Shown: positions 54,567 to 63,680 of the stretch, piece by piece
Layout of the letters: each line of letters opens with the position of its first letter
Numbering within the stretch: the first letter of the stretch is position 1
Source of the DNA: Pseudomonadota bacterium
GTDB taxonomy: Bacteria > Bdellovibrionota_B > Oligoflexia > Silvanigrellales > Silvanigrellaceae
DNA: 64,000 nucleotides
Assembly (NCBI GenBank): GCA_041184525.1
Contig: JBEGJP010000317.1
Coordinates: 5,093-69,092 of the forward strand
Direction: 5' to 3'
Position numbers and translations under genes: made by a program
Notes under the pieces: model-generated
Told to the model about the DNA's origin: nothing
Database searches by the model: none
The model's input: only the letters and a program-made list of their open reading frames with translations

Positions 54567-57500
54567 TCAGTGGAGAGTGGCTGCCGTCTCTTCGATAATG
54601 AAGGACTCCAGAACATCCCCGACCTTGAGGTCGTTGTAGTTCTCAACCCCAATACCACATTCGAATCCCTGCAAGACTTCCTTCGCATCGTCTTTGAAGC
54701 GCTTCAGAGAACCGACCCGCCCCGTGTAGATCACGATGCCGTCGCGGACAACACGAATGTGCGAGTTGCGTGTGACTTTGCCATCGGTGATCGATGTTCC
54801 GGCAATGACACCCACCTTCGGCACAGAGAACAGGTTACGCACTTCGGCATGACCGAGAACTTTTTCAGTTTTGACGGGTGCCAACTTGCCGGCCATGAGT
54901 TTCTCGATGGTCTCAAGCAACTCATAGATGATGCTAAAGCATTGGATTTCGACACCGCGTGATTCAGCTGCCGTGCCGGCCAGTTTGTCCGGACGAACGT
55001 TGAATCCGACGATAGTTGCACCGGAGGCTTCTGCCAGCGTGACGTCAGTTTCAGTGATGCCACCGACAGCTGCGTGGATGATCCGGTTCTTCACCTTTTC
55101 AGTATCCAGCTTCTGCAAGCTGGCGCGGATGGCTTCGACAGAGCCATGAGTGTCTGCCTTGAGAATGATGGCAAGCTCTTTGGCCTTGTTCGGGTCATCG
55201 CCCAATCGGGAAAGGAAGTCTTCGAGCGTTGCCTTGGGTTTGCCCGCCAATTCTTTCTGGCGGTGTTTTTCCACACGGTAGGCCACAGCTTCTTTGGCAA
55301 TCGATTCGTTCACAACGCAGTTGAACTGATCGCCTGCGGCTGGAACTTCAGACAGACCGATGATTTCAACCGGAGTGGAAGGCAGAGCTTCCTGCATGCG
55401 GTTGCCCTTGTCGTCAAACATGGCACGCACGCGGCCGTATGCAATTCCGGCAACAATGCAATCACCCTGACGCAGGATTCCATTTGTCACAATGACCGTG
55501 GCAACAGGACCGCGGGATTTGTCGAGTTTCGCTTCAATCACGATGCCTGACGACAGACCTTCTTTGGGCGCTTTGAGATCGAGAACATCTGATTGAAGGA
55601 GAATGGATTCGAGCAATTCCGGAATGCCTTGCTTTGTTTTGGCAGACACGGGCACGAACATGGCTTCACCACCCCATTCTTCAGGGGTGACGTTGTGTTG
55701 TGACAATTCGCGCTGGATGCGTTCGATGTTAGCGCCCGGCTTGTCCATTTTGTTCATGGCCACGATGATAGGCACATTCGCGGCTTTTGCATGCGCGATG
55801 GCTTCTACCGTCTGAGGCATGACTCCATCGTCAGCTGCAACAACGAGAACCACGACGTCAGTGACCTGCGCTCCGCGCGCACGCATTTGCGTGAATGCTT
55901 CGTGGCCGGGTGTGTCGAGGAATGTGATTTTACGATCGTTGTATTCAATTTGATAAGCACCAATGTGTTGCGTGATGCCACCGGCTTCGCCTGCAGCAAC
56001 ATCAGCCGAACGGATCGCATCGAGAAGTGATGTTTTACCGTGGTCAACGTGGCCCATGATCGTGACGATGGGTGCACGAGTGACGACTTCAGCCTGAGCA
56101 GAGTCAGTCTTGGAGGTTTTCTTCGTATTGATAATGTCACTCAAGCTCACGGATGCGTTTTGAACTTCGAATTCGAATTCATTCGCAACGAGAGTGGCAG
56201 TTTCAAAATCGAGCTGTTGATTGACGCTCGCCATCATACCCAATTTCATGAGGACTTTGATGATGGCGGACGACTTCACGCTCATTTCGGAAGCGAGGTC
56301 GGAAACGGAGATGGACTCATCCACGCGCACAACACGCTTGGAAGCTTTCATCGGGTTGGCTGCTTCTGCACGCTTTTCTTCACGCTTCCGACTGGGTGCT
56401 GAACCACGGCGGCGATTGGGAAGAATCACGGTACGGACTTGCGCTACAGCGCTCTCCGTGCTGCCCTCTTCTCCTTCAGGTGCATCAAGATAAACATCTT
56501 CCTCGAGGAACTCTTCTTCACCGGCACCGCGCTGACCTTTGAGTCGTGCTTTTCGGTTCTCTTCTTCATCCTGCAGTCGACGGCGACGCAGTTCGTGCTC
56601 TTTTTCTTTTTCGCGTCCACGTGTGCTGGGTTCTTTGCCGCCCGTGGGAGGTTCTGATGCAGTGACACCAAATCCGCCGGGACGTGGTCCACCAAATCCG
56701 CCTCCTGCTCCGGCCGGACGCGGTCCGCCGAATCCGCCGGTTGCTCCGCCTGCAGCTCCGTAGGCGGGGCGTGGGCCGCGATCAAAGCCGCCCTGTCCGC
56801 TGCCCGGACCACGAGGTTGCCATCCACCACGGTTTTCGCCTTCACCGGCAGGGCGAGGTCCATTGTAGCCTCCGCCTTGGTAGCCACCGCTGCTGCGAGG
56901 TCCGTTCGGCACAGGCTCACTGCGGTGATAACCGCCTTGTTCACCACGTTGATAGGAAGGACGATCGGAGCGCGGTTGCGGTCCGCCAAAGCTGTCGCGA
57001 GGGGTCGGACGTCCACCGGCCGGAATGGGGCCTGAACCGTAGGGTCGAGGTCCTGACGAGGCGGAGGGTCCCGATGAAGTTGACGGCGTAATATCGGCGC
57101 GACGGATGATGGTCGCGCTCAAAGCCGGCGCAGCAGGACGCACCACAGTGGCACTGCTGCTGCTCGTTGATGCCGCGGGAGCCGGCTTGGTTTCTTTGAT
57201 GGGTTGAGCCTGACTTGCCGTTACAGTTTCAGACTGCTCCGCCACCTGAGATGTTTGCACAGAAGGTGGTGTTTCGGGTTCATCAGAGTGTGACGCAGCT
57301 TGAACGCTTGGAGCGGCTGCCACGGCAGGAACCGCTTCTGAAATTTCCTTCGCGCTCGATTCAGGCGCAGCAGGCTCAGAGAAGAACTCAGGAGCTGGTG
57401 CCGCTGCTTCGGAAGCGGCCGCTTCCCCACCGGGGGCCGCATCGGTGCGCCGGCGGATCACCACTTTGCTGGTGGGTTTCGCCGCCGCTTCTTTCTCCGG

Positions 57501-57665
57501 GTTGCGTCCGGAGCGCAAGTAGGATCGGAGTTTGTCTGCTTCAATGTCTGAAATGGCATTGAAATGGTTTTTGACCTGAATTCCCAAGTCATTCAATTTG
57601 ACGATGACTGTTTTTGTGTCGAGCTTCAGCTCTTTCGCAATATCCAAAACCCTCAGACGGCTCAT
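54567..57665 (-). CDS. infB: Translation initiation factor IF-2
   Basis: The G-domain [12 protein letters not shown] and DTPGH are present, along with a long G/P/R-rich N-terminal region. The ATG at 57665 ([13 protein letters not shown]) is preferred over the track start. Confidence 0.95.
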   Translation of the reverse strand: MSRLRVLDIAKELKLDTKTVIVKLNDLGIQVKNHFNAISDIEADKLRSYLRSGRNPEKEAAAKPTSKVVIRRRTDAAPGGEAAASEAAAPAPEFFSEPAAPESSAKEISEAVPAVAAAPSVQAASHSDEPETPPSVQTSQVAEQSETVTASQAQPIKETKPAPAASTSSSSATVVRPAAPALSATIIRRADITPSTSSGPSASSGPRPYGSGPIPAGGRPTPRDSFGGPQPRSDRPSYQRGEQGGYHRSEPVPNGPRSSGGYQGGGYNGPRPAGEGENRGGWQPRGPGSGQGGFDRGPRPAYGAAGGATGGFGGPRPAGAGGGFGGPRPGGFGVTASEPPTGGKEPSTRGREKEKEHELRRRRLQDEEENRKARLKGQRGAGEEEFLEEDVYLDAPEGEEGSTESAVAQVRTVILPNRRRGSAPSRKREEKRAEAANPMKASKRVVRVDESISVSDLASEMSVKSSAIIKVLMKLGMMASVNQQLDFETATLVANEFEFEVQNASVSLSDIINTKKTSKTDSAQAEVVTRAPIVTIMGHVDHGKTSLLDAIRSADVAAGEAGGITQHIGAYQIEYNDRKITFLDTPGHEAFTQMRARGAQVTDVVVLVVAADDGVMPQTVEAIAHAKAANVPIIVAMNKMDKPGANIERIQRELSQHNVTPEEWGGEAMFVPVSAKTKQGIPELLESILLQSDVLDLKAPKEGLSSGIVIEAKLDKSRGPVATVIVTNGILRQGDCIVAGIAYGRVRAMFDDKGNRMQEALPSTPVEIIGLSEVPAAGDQFNCVVNESIAKEAVAYRVEKHRQKELAGKPKATLEDFLSRLGDDPNKAKELAIILKADTHGSVEAIRASLQKLDTEKVKNRIIHAAVGGITETDVTLAEASGATIVGFNVRPDKLAGTAAESRGVEIQCFSIIYELLETIEKLMAGKLAPVKTEKVLGHAEVRNLFSVPKVGVIAGTSITDGKVTRNSHIRVVRDGIVIYTGRVGSLKRFKDDAKEVLQGFECGIGVENYNDLKVGDVLESFIIEETAATLH

Positions 57666-57745
57666 CCAACTCCGCTCCCAAAATATCCCCAATTTTCGGC
57701 GGGGCACCGAATTCTTCGATCGACTCGAGACCCTTAGCAGCTTTC

Positions 57746-58240
57746 TTAAGTCTCAGCTAGAGATTCGAGCGCTTTGATTACGAAATCTTTATGGCTGACG
57801 AGAAGCACTTTGACTTGTGCATCTTTGCCAAAGAATTTTTGACCGAGAATTTGGCTCGGCACATTGAGTCGAACACCGGCCAAACGGTCCGAATGGCTCA
57901 CCAGCAGACTTTCGCAGTGCCTGTAAAACCTCTCGGAGCCATCCGAGCTCACGATAAGCAGACGGCTCATACGGTCGGCATCTTGAGCAAGGGAGCGCTC
58001 TTTGAGTGCCTGAAGGCCCTTTTGCTCGCGCCTCAGAAAGCTCTCGATGTTTTCCAATCCGCCACGCAGTTGCCCTGCGCGGCGTGACAGTGAAAGAGCC
58101 TTTTCAAGATGAGTTGCAAGCTCCAAGGTCGGCACTTTCAGCCGGCCTTGGGGCCAGAGGGGTTTCAGATTCAGTTTGAGGCTGTCCTGAATTTTCTGGG
58201 CACGTGGATCAGTTTCCAACAATTTTGGCAGTTTCAGCAT
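57746..58240 (-). CDS. YlxQ/L7Ae-like protein of the nusA-infB operon (extended)
   Basis: It sits between nusA and infB. LSRRAGQLRGGLENIESFL ... SRLLIVSSDGSERF ... VKVLLVSHKDFVIKALESL aligns by eye with YlxQ. The ATG at 58240 overlaps the nusA 3' end by 32 nt. Confidence 0.5.
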   Translation of the reverse strand: MLKLPKLLETDPRAQKIQDSLKLNLKPLWPQGRLKVPTLELATHLEKALSLSRRAGQLRGGLENIESFLRREQKGLQALKERSLAQDADRMSRLLIVSSDGSERFYRHCESLLVSHSDRLAGVRLNVPSQILGQKFFGKDAQVKVLLVSHKDFVIKALESLAET

Positions 58241-59825
58241 GTATTTTTCCTGAGAACTTATAGGGCAAGCCTGTGCGCACAGCGATGTCCTCGGGAGTTG
58301 CCTGAGCCAATGCTGAGTAGTCGTTGAATCCGGCAGTATGAAGAACAGCTGCCGTGTATTCTCCCACGCCACGCAACTTCATCCAGTAGTGGAGTACTTC
58401 ACTCGGAACCTGACGCGGATCCACTTTTTCAGGGTCGAGTTGCGCAGTGGGGCGAGATTTTGCGACCAGATCTTCCAGTGCTGAAGCCTCGGCTGCAGCG
58501 TCGAATTGTCCGGTTGCGAGCGAACCTGTGATGTCGAGAGCATCAATTTCGCTGTCGACATCAATGTCCGTTTTCTTGGTTGCTGCGATTTTGTCAGCGA
58601 GTTCTTTCGCTCCGGCAATCACCTGATCGGCCTCTTCAGGCGTCAGTCGCAACAGCTTGCTCAGCGATTTGGATTCCATCCGAGCAACGTCGGTGGGATC
58701 TTTGTAGCCTTCATTGACCAGAATTTCTGCGCGCATTTCGCCCAACGAGGGGATCTGGGAGAGCACAGTTTTGTACTCTTGCACAAGCTCGCGCATTTTG
58801 GATTCCGAACGGATGTCGACCTTCCAACCTGACAGCTGAGCAGCAAGGCGCACATTCTGTCCGCGGCGACCGATGGCCAAAGAGAGGTGGTCGTCGGGGA
58901 CGACGACTTCCATCGTGTGCACGCGCTCATTGACGATGACCTTAGAAACTTCTGCTGGTGCAAGTGCATTACACACAAAACGGGCAGGGTCGCGGTCGTA
59001 GGGGATGATGTCGATCTTCTCGCCGCGCAGTTCTTGAACAACAAGCTGAACGCGCGAGCCTTTCACACCCACGCACGCTCCGACGGGATCAACGGATTGC
59101 TCTGTGCTGTAAACGGCAATCTTCGAGCGGCTTCCGGGGTCGCGCGCAGCGCTTTGGATGATCACGATGCCTTCTGCAATTTCCGTGACTTCTTGTTCGA
59201 AAAGACGAACGAGCATCTCGGGATGTGCACGGCTCAGAATGACCTGCGGTCCGCGCGTGGATTTCTTCACATCGAGTACATAGCAGGTGATCTTGTCGCG
59301 GAGCTTGAATTTTTCATTCGGAATTTGTTCGCGCATGGGCAGAACGCCTTCACAGGAACCCAAATCGATGATGAGGTCCTGTTTGTCGTAGCGCTTCACT
59401 TGTCCAGTCACCAGCTGTGATTTGCGGTCTTTGAAGTCGCGGACAATTTTTTCTTTTTCGGCTTCCTGCATTTTCTGCACAATGACTTGCTTTGCGGCTT
59501 GGGCTGCAATGCGTCCCAGCTGATCGGTCGGGAGGGCTTCACCGATTTCGTCGCCCAGCTGCAGAGAGGAGTCCATGCTGGACGCCTCTGAGAATTTGAT
59601 TTCACGGAATTCGTTGACGAACTGATCGTCGGGTACGACGACACGGAAGCGGAGGAGTTCGACTTCTTCGGTTTCCTCATTGAATCGGGCTTCAAACACA
59701 CAGTCGCCAAAGAATTTCTTGGCCGCTGTGATGATGGCATCTTTCAGAGCGCCGATGAGGAGCTCACGGTCGATGTTCTTTTCCTTGCCGACAGCTTCAA
59801 TCACTCGCTTCAAATCAATCTGCAT
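58209..59825 (-). CDS. nusA: Transcription termination/antitermination factor NusA
   Basis: It has an N-terminal domain, an S1 domain ([16 protein letters not shown]), two KH domains ([17 protein letters not shown]) and C-terminal HhH repeats. The start is the ATG (MQIDLK) 2 codons inside the track start. Confidence 0.93.
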   Translation of the reverse strand: MQIDLKRVIEAVGKEKNIDRELLIGALKDAIITAAKKFFGDCVFEARFNEETEEVELLRFRVVVPDDQFVNEFREIKFSEASSMDSSLQLGDEIGEALPTDQLGRIAAQAAKQVIVQKMQEAEKEKIVRDFKDRKSQLVTGQVKRYDKQDLIIDLGSCEGVLPMREQIPNEKFKLRDKITCYVLDVKKSTRGPQVILSRAHPEMLVRLFEQEVTEIAEGIVIIQSAARDPGSRSKIAVYSTEQSVDPVGACVGVKGSRVQLVVQELRGEKIDIIPYDRDPARFVCNALAPAEVSKVIVNERVHTMEVVVPDDHLSLAIGRRGQNVRLAAQLSGWKVDIRSESKMRELVQEYKTVLSQIPSLGEMRAEILVNEGYKDPTDVARMESKSLSKLLRLTPEEADQVIAGAKELADKIAATKKTDIDVDSEIDALDITGSLATGQFDAAAEASALEDLVAKSRPTAQLDPEKVDPRQVPSEVLHYWMKLRGVGEYTAAVLHTAGFNDYSALAQATPEDIAVRTGLPYKFSGKIHAETAKIVGN

Positions 59826-59945
59826 GTGCAACCCTCAGTCACCGGGGATTTTCCAGAATATCATCCGCGGGCTATACCCTCGGCTCGTCTGGTTGTCACC
59901 CATTTTTGGGAAAAACGGTACAACTGTCTCAAATTGCCTCAAAAT

Positions 59946-60575
59946 CTACGCTTTTGGCCGCGCCCGCTGTGGACCCTTCGGGCCCTTGTGCGCGTTTGCT
60001 TTGGCAGACTTCGGTTGTGAAAGGAGTGCCTGGGCAAACTTGATGGCTGACAGCGGGATATCGATAGCATCGGTACCCTCTTTCAGCCGCAGCGTGGGAT
60101 TCGCGTTGTCATTCAAGACATCGTCCAGAATCATAGTAAATCTATCGCGCCCTTGCCGTTTTGTCCATGTTTTGAGCGTCAGCAGATGACCACGCGCTGC
60201 CAGAAAGTGCTCAAGAGTTTTGAGCGGAGGTTCAATACCGAGGGAGCCCACGCGGACGCCGATGGCGTCGTCGAACGCGGCAAGGCTGGGGTCTTCGAGG
60301 AGGAACTGATGAAGGGGAAGGCACTCGTCCAGTGAGAGGGCCTGTTGTTCCGGCGGAAAAGGGGAAGGGCCGCTGTGGCCGGGCGCCGGTTCAACGTAAA
60401 TGTCCAGAAGAGTTTGACCATCTTCAATCACAAAAGAGAATTCTCGGATGTGCAGGTCACGCTTCGGTTTTGATTTTGTGTTGTATGCCGCGCACGCCAG
60501 CTGGAGCGACTCGAGAACAGAAGATGCGAGTTCGGGTGTGAGTTGGCTGGGATGCAGCAGCTTGGGCAAGCTCAT
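59946..60575 (-). CDS. rimP: Ribosome maturation factor RimP (divergent)
   Basis: It lies immediately upstream of nusA. VRVGSLGIEPPLKTLEHFLAARGHLLTLKT resembles the RimP core (VSSPGxxRPL...G). It has a basic C-terminal tail. Confidence 0.65.
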   Translation of the reverse strand: MSLPKLLHPSQLTPELASSVLESLQLACAAYNTKSKPKRDLHIREFSFVIEDGQTLLDIYVEPAPGHSGPSPFPPEQQALSLDECLPLHQFLLEDPSLAAFDDAIGVRVGSLGIEPPLKTLEHFLAARGHLLTLKTWTKRQGRDRFTMILDDVLNDNANPTLRLKEGTDAIDIPLSAIKFAQALLSQPKSAKANAHKGPKGPQRARPKA

Positions 60576-60599
60576 GTTTTGGACCCTGTGAGTTGAGAG

Positions 60600-60721
60600 T
60601 TATCCACAGCGAGGTTTTCACTTTAAAAAAGAGCAAAAAGCAAGAAAATTATTTGCCATTACAGCGATCTGCGTGCGACTTCCTGCGCTTTTTTTAAGCA
60701 CTTATCCACAGGTTGTCCACA
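60600..60721 (+). promoter_or_regulatory. Cluster of three same-orientation DnaA boxes flanking an AT-rich stretch
   Basis: TTATCCACA is at 60600-60608 and 60702-60710 (both perfect consensus). TTGTCCACA is at 60713-60721 (1 mismatch). The AT-rich CTTTAAAAAAGAGCAAAAAGCAAGAAAATTATTTG lies between them. A weaker inverted box is at about 60778-60786. Confidence 0.6.
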
Positions 60722-60934
60722 AGTGAATTGACACCAGAAAAAGAGGTGCCAGACGGGCTGAAGATTGATTTGGACGGCTTGGATAACACTCCTCAACTTT
60801 TGGGTCAATGCGGACAAAAAAAAATCTTCAAATGACCCGAAATTTGACCGTTGTTGAAGCAGGGGTTGCTCTTTTACGTCGTCTTTTTCAGCATGGCCGG
60901 CGCATTGCGATGAATCAAATCGGGAGAGTGTGCA

Positions 60935-61432
60935 TTGAGTACATCTGTAGGACGACAAGCAGAAACGTGTATTGAGCGCTGGCTCGAAGAAGAAGGATGG
61001 ACTTGCTTTGAGAGAAACATGCGTGTCCCCGGCGGAGAAATCGACCGACTGTTTGTCAGAGAACGTTGCGTTTCCGGAGTGCGGGTGGATCTCTGCGTGG
61101 CTGAGGTCAAGGCAACACGGTTGAAAAAGGGGCAGGGCTTGAGCGACCTGTTTTCTGCAGCCAAAATCAGAAGCCTCATCCGCCCTCAGCAACTGCGCAT
61201 TTTGTGGCGCTCTGCCGCGTCCTACGAGCACCGATTGGAGAGTCTCACCAAAGCCCCCGTGCGCACGTACGTTCGTTACTTTCTGGTTGTTTATGCCACG
61301 AGAGCAGTGCTGCGCGAAACAAGATCGGAATTCAGGAGGTCCAGAACCGACCTGCCTGTCCGACTCTGCCGAACGAGTGATGAAAATCTCATCTTCTCTT
61401 GGAGTCCTGATGTTGTGGGTCTGGGGTTGTGA
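60935..61432 (+). CDS. yraN: YraN-family (UPF0102) endonuclease-like protein
   Basis: The YraN pattern is GRQAETCIERWLEEEGWTCFERNMRVPGGEIDRLF ... VAEVKATR. The TTG at 60935 lies 6 nt after GGGAGAG. Confidence 0.7.
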   Translation: MSTSVGRQAETCIERWLEEEGWTCFERNMRVPGGEIDRLFVRERCVSGVRVDLCVAEVKATRLKKGQGLSDLFSAAKIRSLIRPQQLRILWRSAASYEHRLESLTKAPVRTYVRYFLVVYATRAVLRETRSEFRRSRTDLPVRLCRTSDENLIFSWSPDVVGLGL

Positions 61433-61620
61433 TGTCGGGATTCTGGGACACACCTCTACGGAAGTGTCACGATGACTCGAGTTTCATCTTCAAGAGAGGA
61501 GCCCTCAACTGTGTCTGAAGCGCGCGAATGAAACGTCTGCAAATGTCAAATTCAAATTCTGGCACTTTTTCTTTCCGAGGAAAATCTGTTCCCGTACTCT
61601 CTGCGCAGGAGGTCATTGCA

Positions 61621-62085
61621 ATGAGGAATCAAAACCGAGTCTTCAGTAGGACACTTTCTCTTTTTTCTGCGGCATTTTTCTTTTCGACAGCTTGGGCTGA
61701 GTCACAAAATGGAGTTTCGTCGTGCGAAGGAATTGCAAACCAAGATCTCCAGCTTTTTTGTAAGGCAAACCGTTCGCAGAACACCGCCCTCTGCGGACAA
61801 ATATCGGACCCGCGCTGGAACTCTTTGTGCACAAACAGCGGATCTCATGATTTGTACGCATGTGACCAATTGAGCGATCAAAATTTCGCTCAGTACTGTT
61901 ACGCAATTCAGCAAAAGACCTCGATTCCCTGTTTTGAAATTCAAGATGAGAATATGGAATTCCTCTGCTATTCGCACGTCCAGAACACCACGCGATTTTG
62001 TATGGATGTGAAGGATCCGGATTTGAATCAACTCTGCCTTGGCCTGTATGCAGCGGGACGTGTGCCGCCCCGCCCGCCGCGCTGA
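61621..62085 (+). CDS. Secreted cysteine-rich repeat protein (10 Cys at strict 12/11 alternating spacing)
   Basis: The ATG at 61621 lies 8 nt after AGGAGG. The signal peptide is MRNQNRVFSRTLSLFSAAFFFSTAWA. Five 23-aa units of the form C-x11-C-x10 follow. Confidence 0.65.
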   Translation: MRNQNRVFSRTLSLFSAAFFFSTAWAESQNGVSSCEGIANQDLQLFCKANRSQNTALCGQISDPRWNSLCTNSGSHDLYACDQLSDQNFAQYCYAIQQKTSIPCFEIQDENMEFLCYSHVQNTTRFCMDVKDPDLNQLCLGLYAAGRVPPRPPR

Positions 62086-62126
62086 AACAAGAAAATTGAC
62101 TTGAATGAGCAGAGCAGTGCCCCGTG

Positions 62127-62149
62127 CGCTCCCTTCTCAAGAGGGAGCG
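62127..62149. terminator. Hairpin between the convergent Cys-rich gene and trxB (no U-tract)
   Basis: CGCTCCCTT (62127-62135) pairs with GAGGGAGCG (62141-62149) around a 5-nt loop. There is no T run on either strand, so terminator function is uncertain. Confidence 0.3.
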
Positions 62150-62154
62150 TGGGC

Positions 62155-63075
62155 TCAGTGACTGTGGCCTTCAATGTACCGTTCGGCTTCCAGAGCCGAC
62201 TGGCATCCCCGTCCAGCTGACGTGATGGCCTGACGGAATTTGTTGTCTTCGACATCTCCGGCAGCGAAAATCCCAGGAACGTTGGTCGCTGTGCTCCCCG
62301 GCTTGCAGAGGACGTATCCCTGCGGGTCCAATTCCACCAGACCTTTCAGGAAATCGGTGTTCGGCTTGTGACCGATTGCCATGAACAGGCCGTCCACTTT
62401 GAGCTGGGATGATTCACCGTTCTGATTTTTCATCACAATACCCGTCAGTCCGCTCGAGTCGGACAGAGTGTCGGTGACTTCGGTGTTCCAGATGATTTTG
62501 ATCTTAGGGTTGTTGAAGATTTTATCTTGCATGGCTTTGCTTGCACGAAACTTGTCGCGTCTGTGGACAAGTGTGACAGACGACGCAAGTTTGGCGAGGT
62601 AATGCGCCTCTTCCATGGCACTGTCACCGCCACCGACCACGGCAACGGTTTTGTTGCGATAGAAAAAGCCATCGCAAACCGCGCAGGTGGAGAGACCGTA
62701 TCCCATCAGCTTTTCTTTGTTGGGAAGGGGCAATGTGAGGGCGCTTGCTCCTGTCGCCACAATAATTGTTTTGCTTTCCAAAGTTCCGGCATCGGTTTCA
62801 AGGCGAAAACCGCCGTTGATTTTCTCAATATTGAGAACGGTTCCGTGTTGAATGCGGGTTCCGTATTTTTCCGCTTGCTGACGCATCTCCTGCATGAGTT
62901 TGTTGCCATCCACACCTTCAGGTGTGCCCGGCCAGTTTTCCACAATACTGGTTGTGGTCAGCTGACCACCCGGCTGCAGGCCAGCAATCAGAATGGGATT
63001 TAGTGCAGCGCGGGAAGCGTAAATTCCGGCAGTAAGTCCGGCCGGTCCGGAACCGATGATCACAACGTTTTCCAT
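62155..63075 (-). CDS. trxB: Thioredoxin-disulfide reductase
   Basis: The motifs VVIIGSGPAGLTAG, redox-active CAVCDG and VVGGGDSAMEEA are present. Confidence 0.93.
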   Translation of the reverse strand: MENVVIIGSGPAGLTAGIYASRAALNPILIAGLQPGGQLTTTSIVENWPGTPEGVDGNKLMQEMRQQAEKYGTRIQHGTVLNIEKINGGFRLETDAGTLESKTIIVATGASALTLPLPNKEKLMGYGLSTCAVCDGFFYRNKTVAVVGGGDSAMEEAHYLAKLASSVTLVHRRDKFRASKAMQDKIFNNPKIKIIWNTEVTDTLSDSSGLTGIVMKNQNGESSQLKVDGLFMAIGHKPNTDFLKGLVELDPQGYVLCKPGSTATNVPGIFAAGDVEDNKFRQAITSAGRGCQSALEAERYIEGHSH

Positions 63076-63086
63076 GAGGGTCTTCC

Positions 63087-63680
63087 TTATTTTGATTTTG
63101 GAGTTCCGATGACTTCGGCGAGCCGCTGTTCACTGGCGGCGGCCACTTCCGCATGCAGGCTGTTGCCATGGGCATCAATGGTCACGAGGGCGGGAAAATC
63201 GACCACTTCAAGCTCCCAAATGGCTTCGGGAGAACCAAATTCTTCGAGCATGGAGACACCGCGCACTTTCTTGACTTTTTCAGCCAAAACTTGTGCAGCT
63301 CCTCCCACGGCATGCAAATACACGCACCCGAAATCTTGGCAGGCTTTGAGTGTTTTCGGTCCCATGCCGCCCTTGCCAATGACAGCGCGGATTCCATATT
63401 TTTCAATCACGGTGGCCTGATAAGGTTCTTCACGTGTGCTGGTGGTGGGGCCTGCAGCGCGCACGCTCCATTCACCCGATTCTTGCTTCACGACGACGGG
63501 GCCGCAATGGTAAATGGCCGATCCGCGAATGTCGACGGGAATACTTTTGCCTTCATACAAGTGCTTATGAACGGCATCTCTGCCGGTGTACAAGACACCG
63601 CTGAGCAAGACCATGTCACCTACTTTCAACGCCCGCACTTGTTCTTCTGTGATCGGAAGAGTGAGTTTGATTTCTCTCAT
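63087..63680 (-). CDS. Class I (Fe-S) fumarate hydratase / hydro-lyase, beta subunit
   Basis: The sequence is LSGVLYTGRDAVHKHL ... IYHCGPVV ... AVIGKGGMGPKT ... VYLHAVGGAAQVLA. The ATG at 63680 overlaps the alpha-subunit stop (ATGA). Confidence 0.85.
   Translation of the reverse strand: MREIKLTLPITEEQVRALKVGDMVLLSGVLYTGRDAVHKHLYEGKSIPVDIRGSAIYHCGPVVVKQESGEWSVRAAGPTTSTREEPYQATVIEKYGIRAVIGKGGMGPKTLKACQDFGCVYLHAVGGAAQVLAEKVKKVRGVSMLEEFGSPEAIWELEVVDFPALVTIDAHGNSLHAEVAAASEQRLAEVIGTPKSK

Noticed and set aside
56444-57091. Alternative-frame ORFs (both strands) inside the G/P/R-rich N-terminal region of infB.
   Set aside because: This low-complexity GC-rich coding DNA keeps several frames open. Only the infB frame continues into the conserved GTPase domain.
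60600-60721. Calling the DnaA-box cluster the chromosomal replication origin (oriC).
   Set aside because: There are only three good boxes, no dnaA/dnaN/gyrB/rpmH context in the window, and I cannot compute the GC-skew switch. I keep it as a finding (a regulatory or titration site) but do not annotate it as oriC.
60659-61453. The 264-aa minus-strand ORF spanning the yraN region and part of the DnaA-box intergenic region.
   Set aside because: It has no recognisable domains and an Arg/Ser/Cys-rich composition, and it is antisense to a plus-strand ORF with a clear YraN signature. Its 3' part would run through the AT-rich intergenic DNA.
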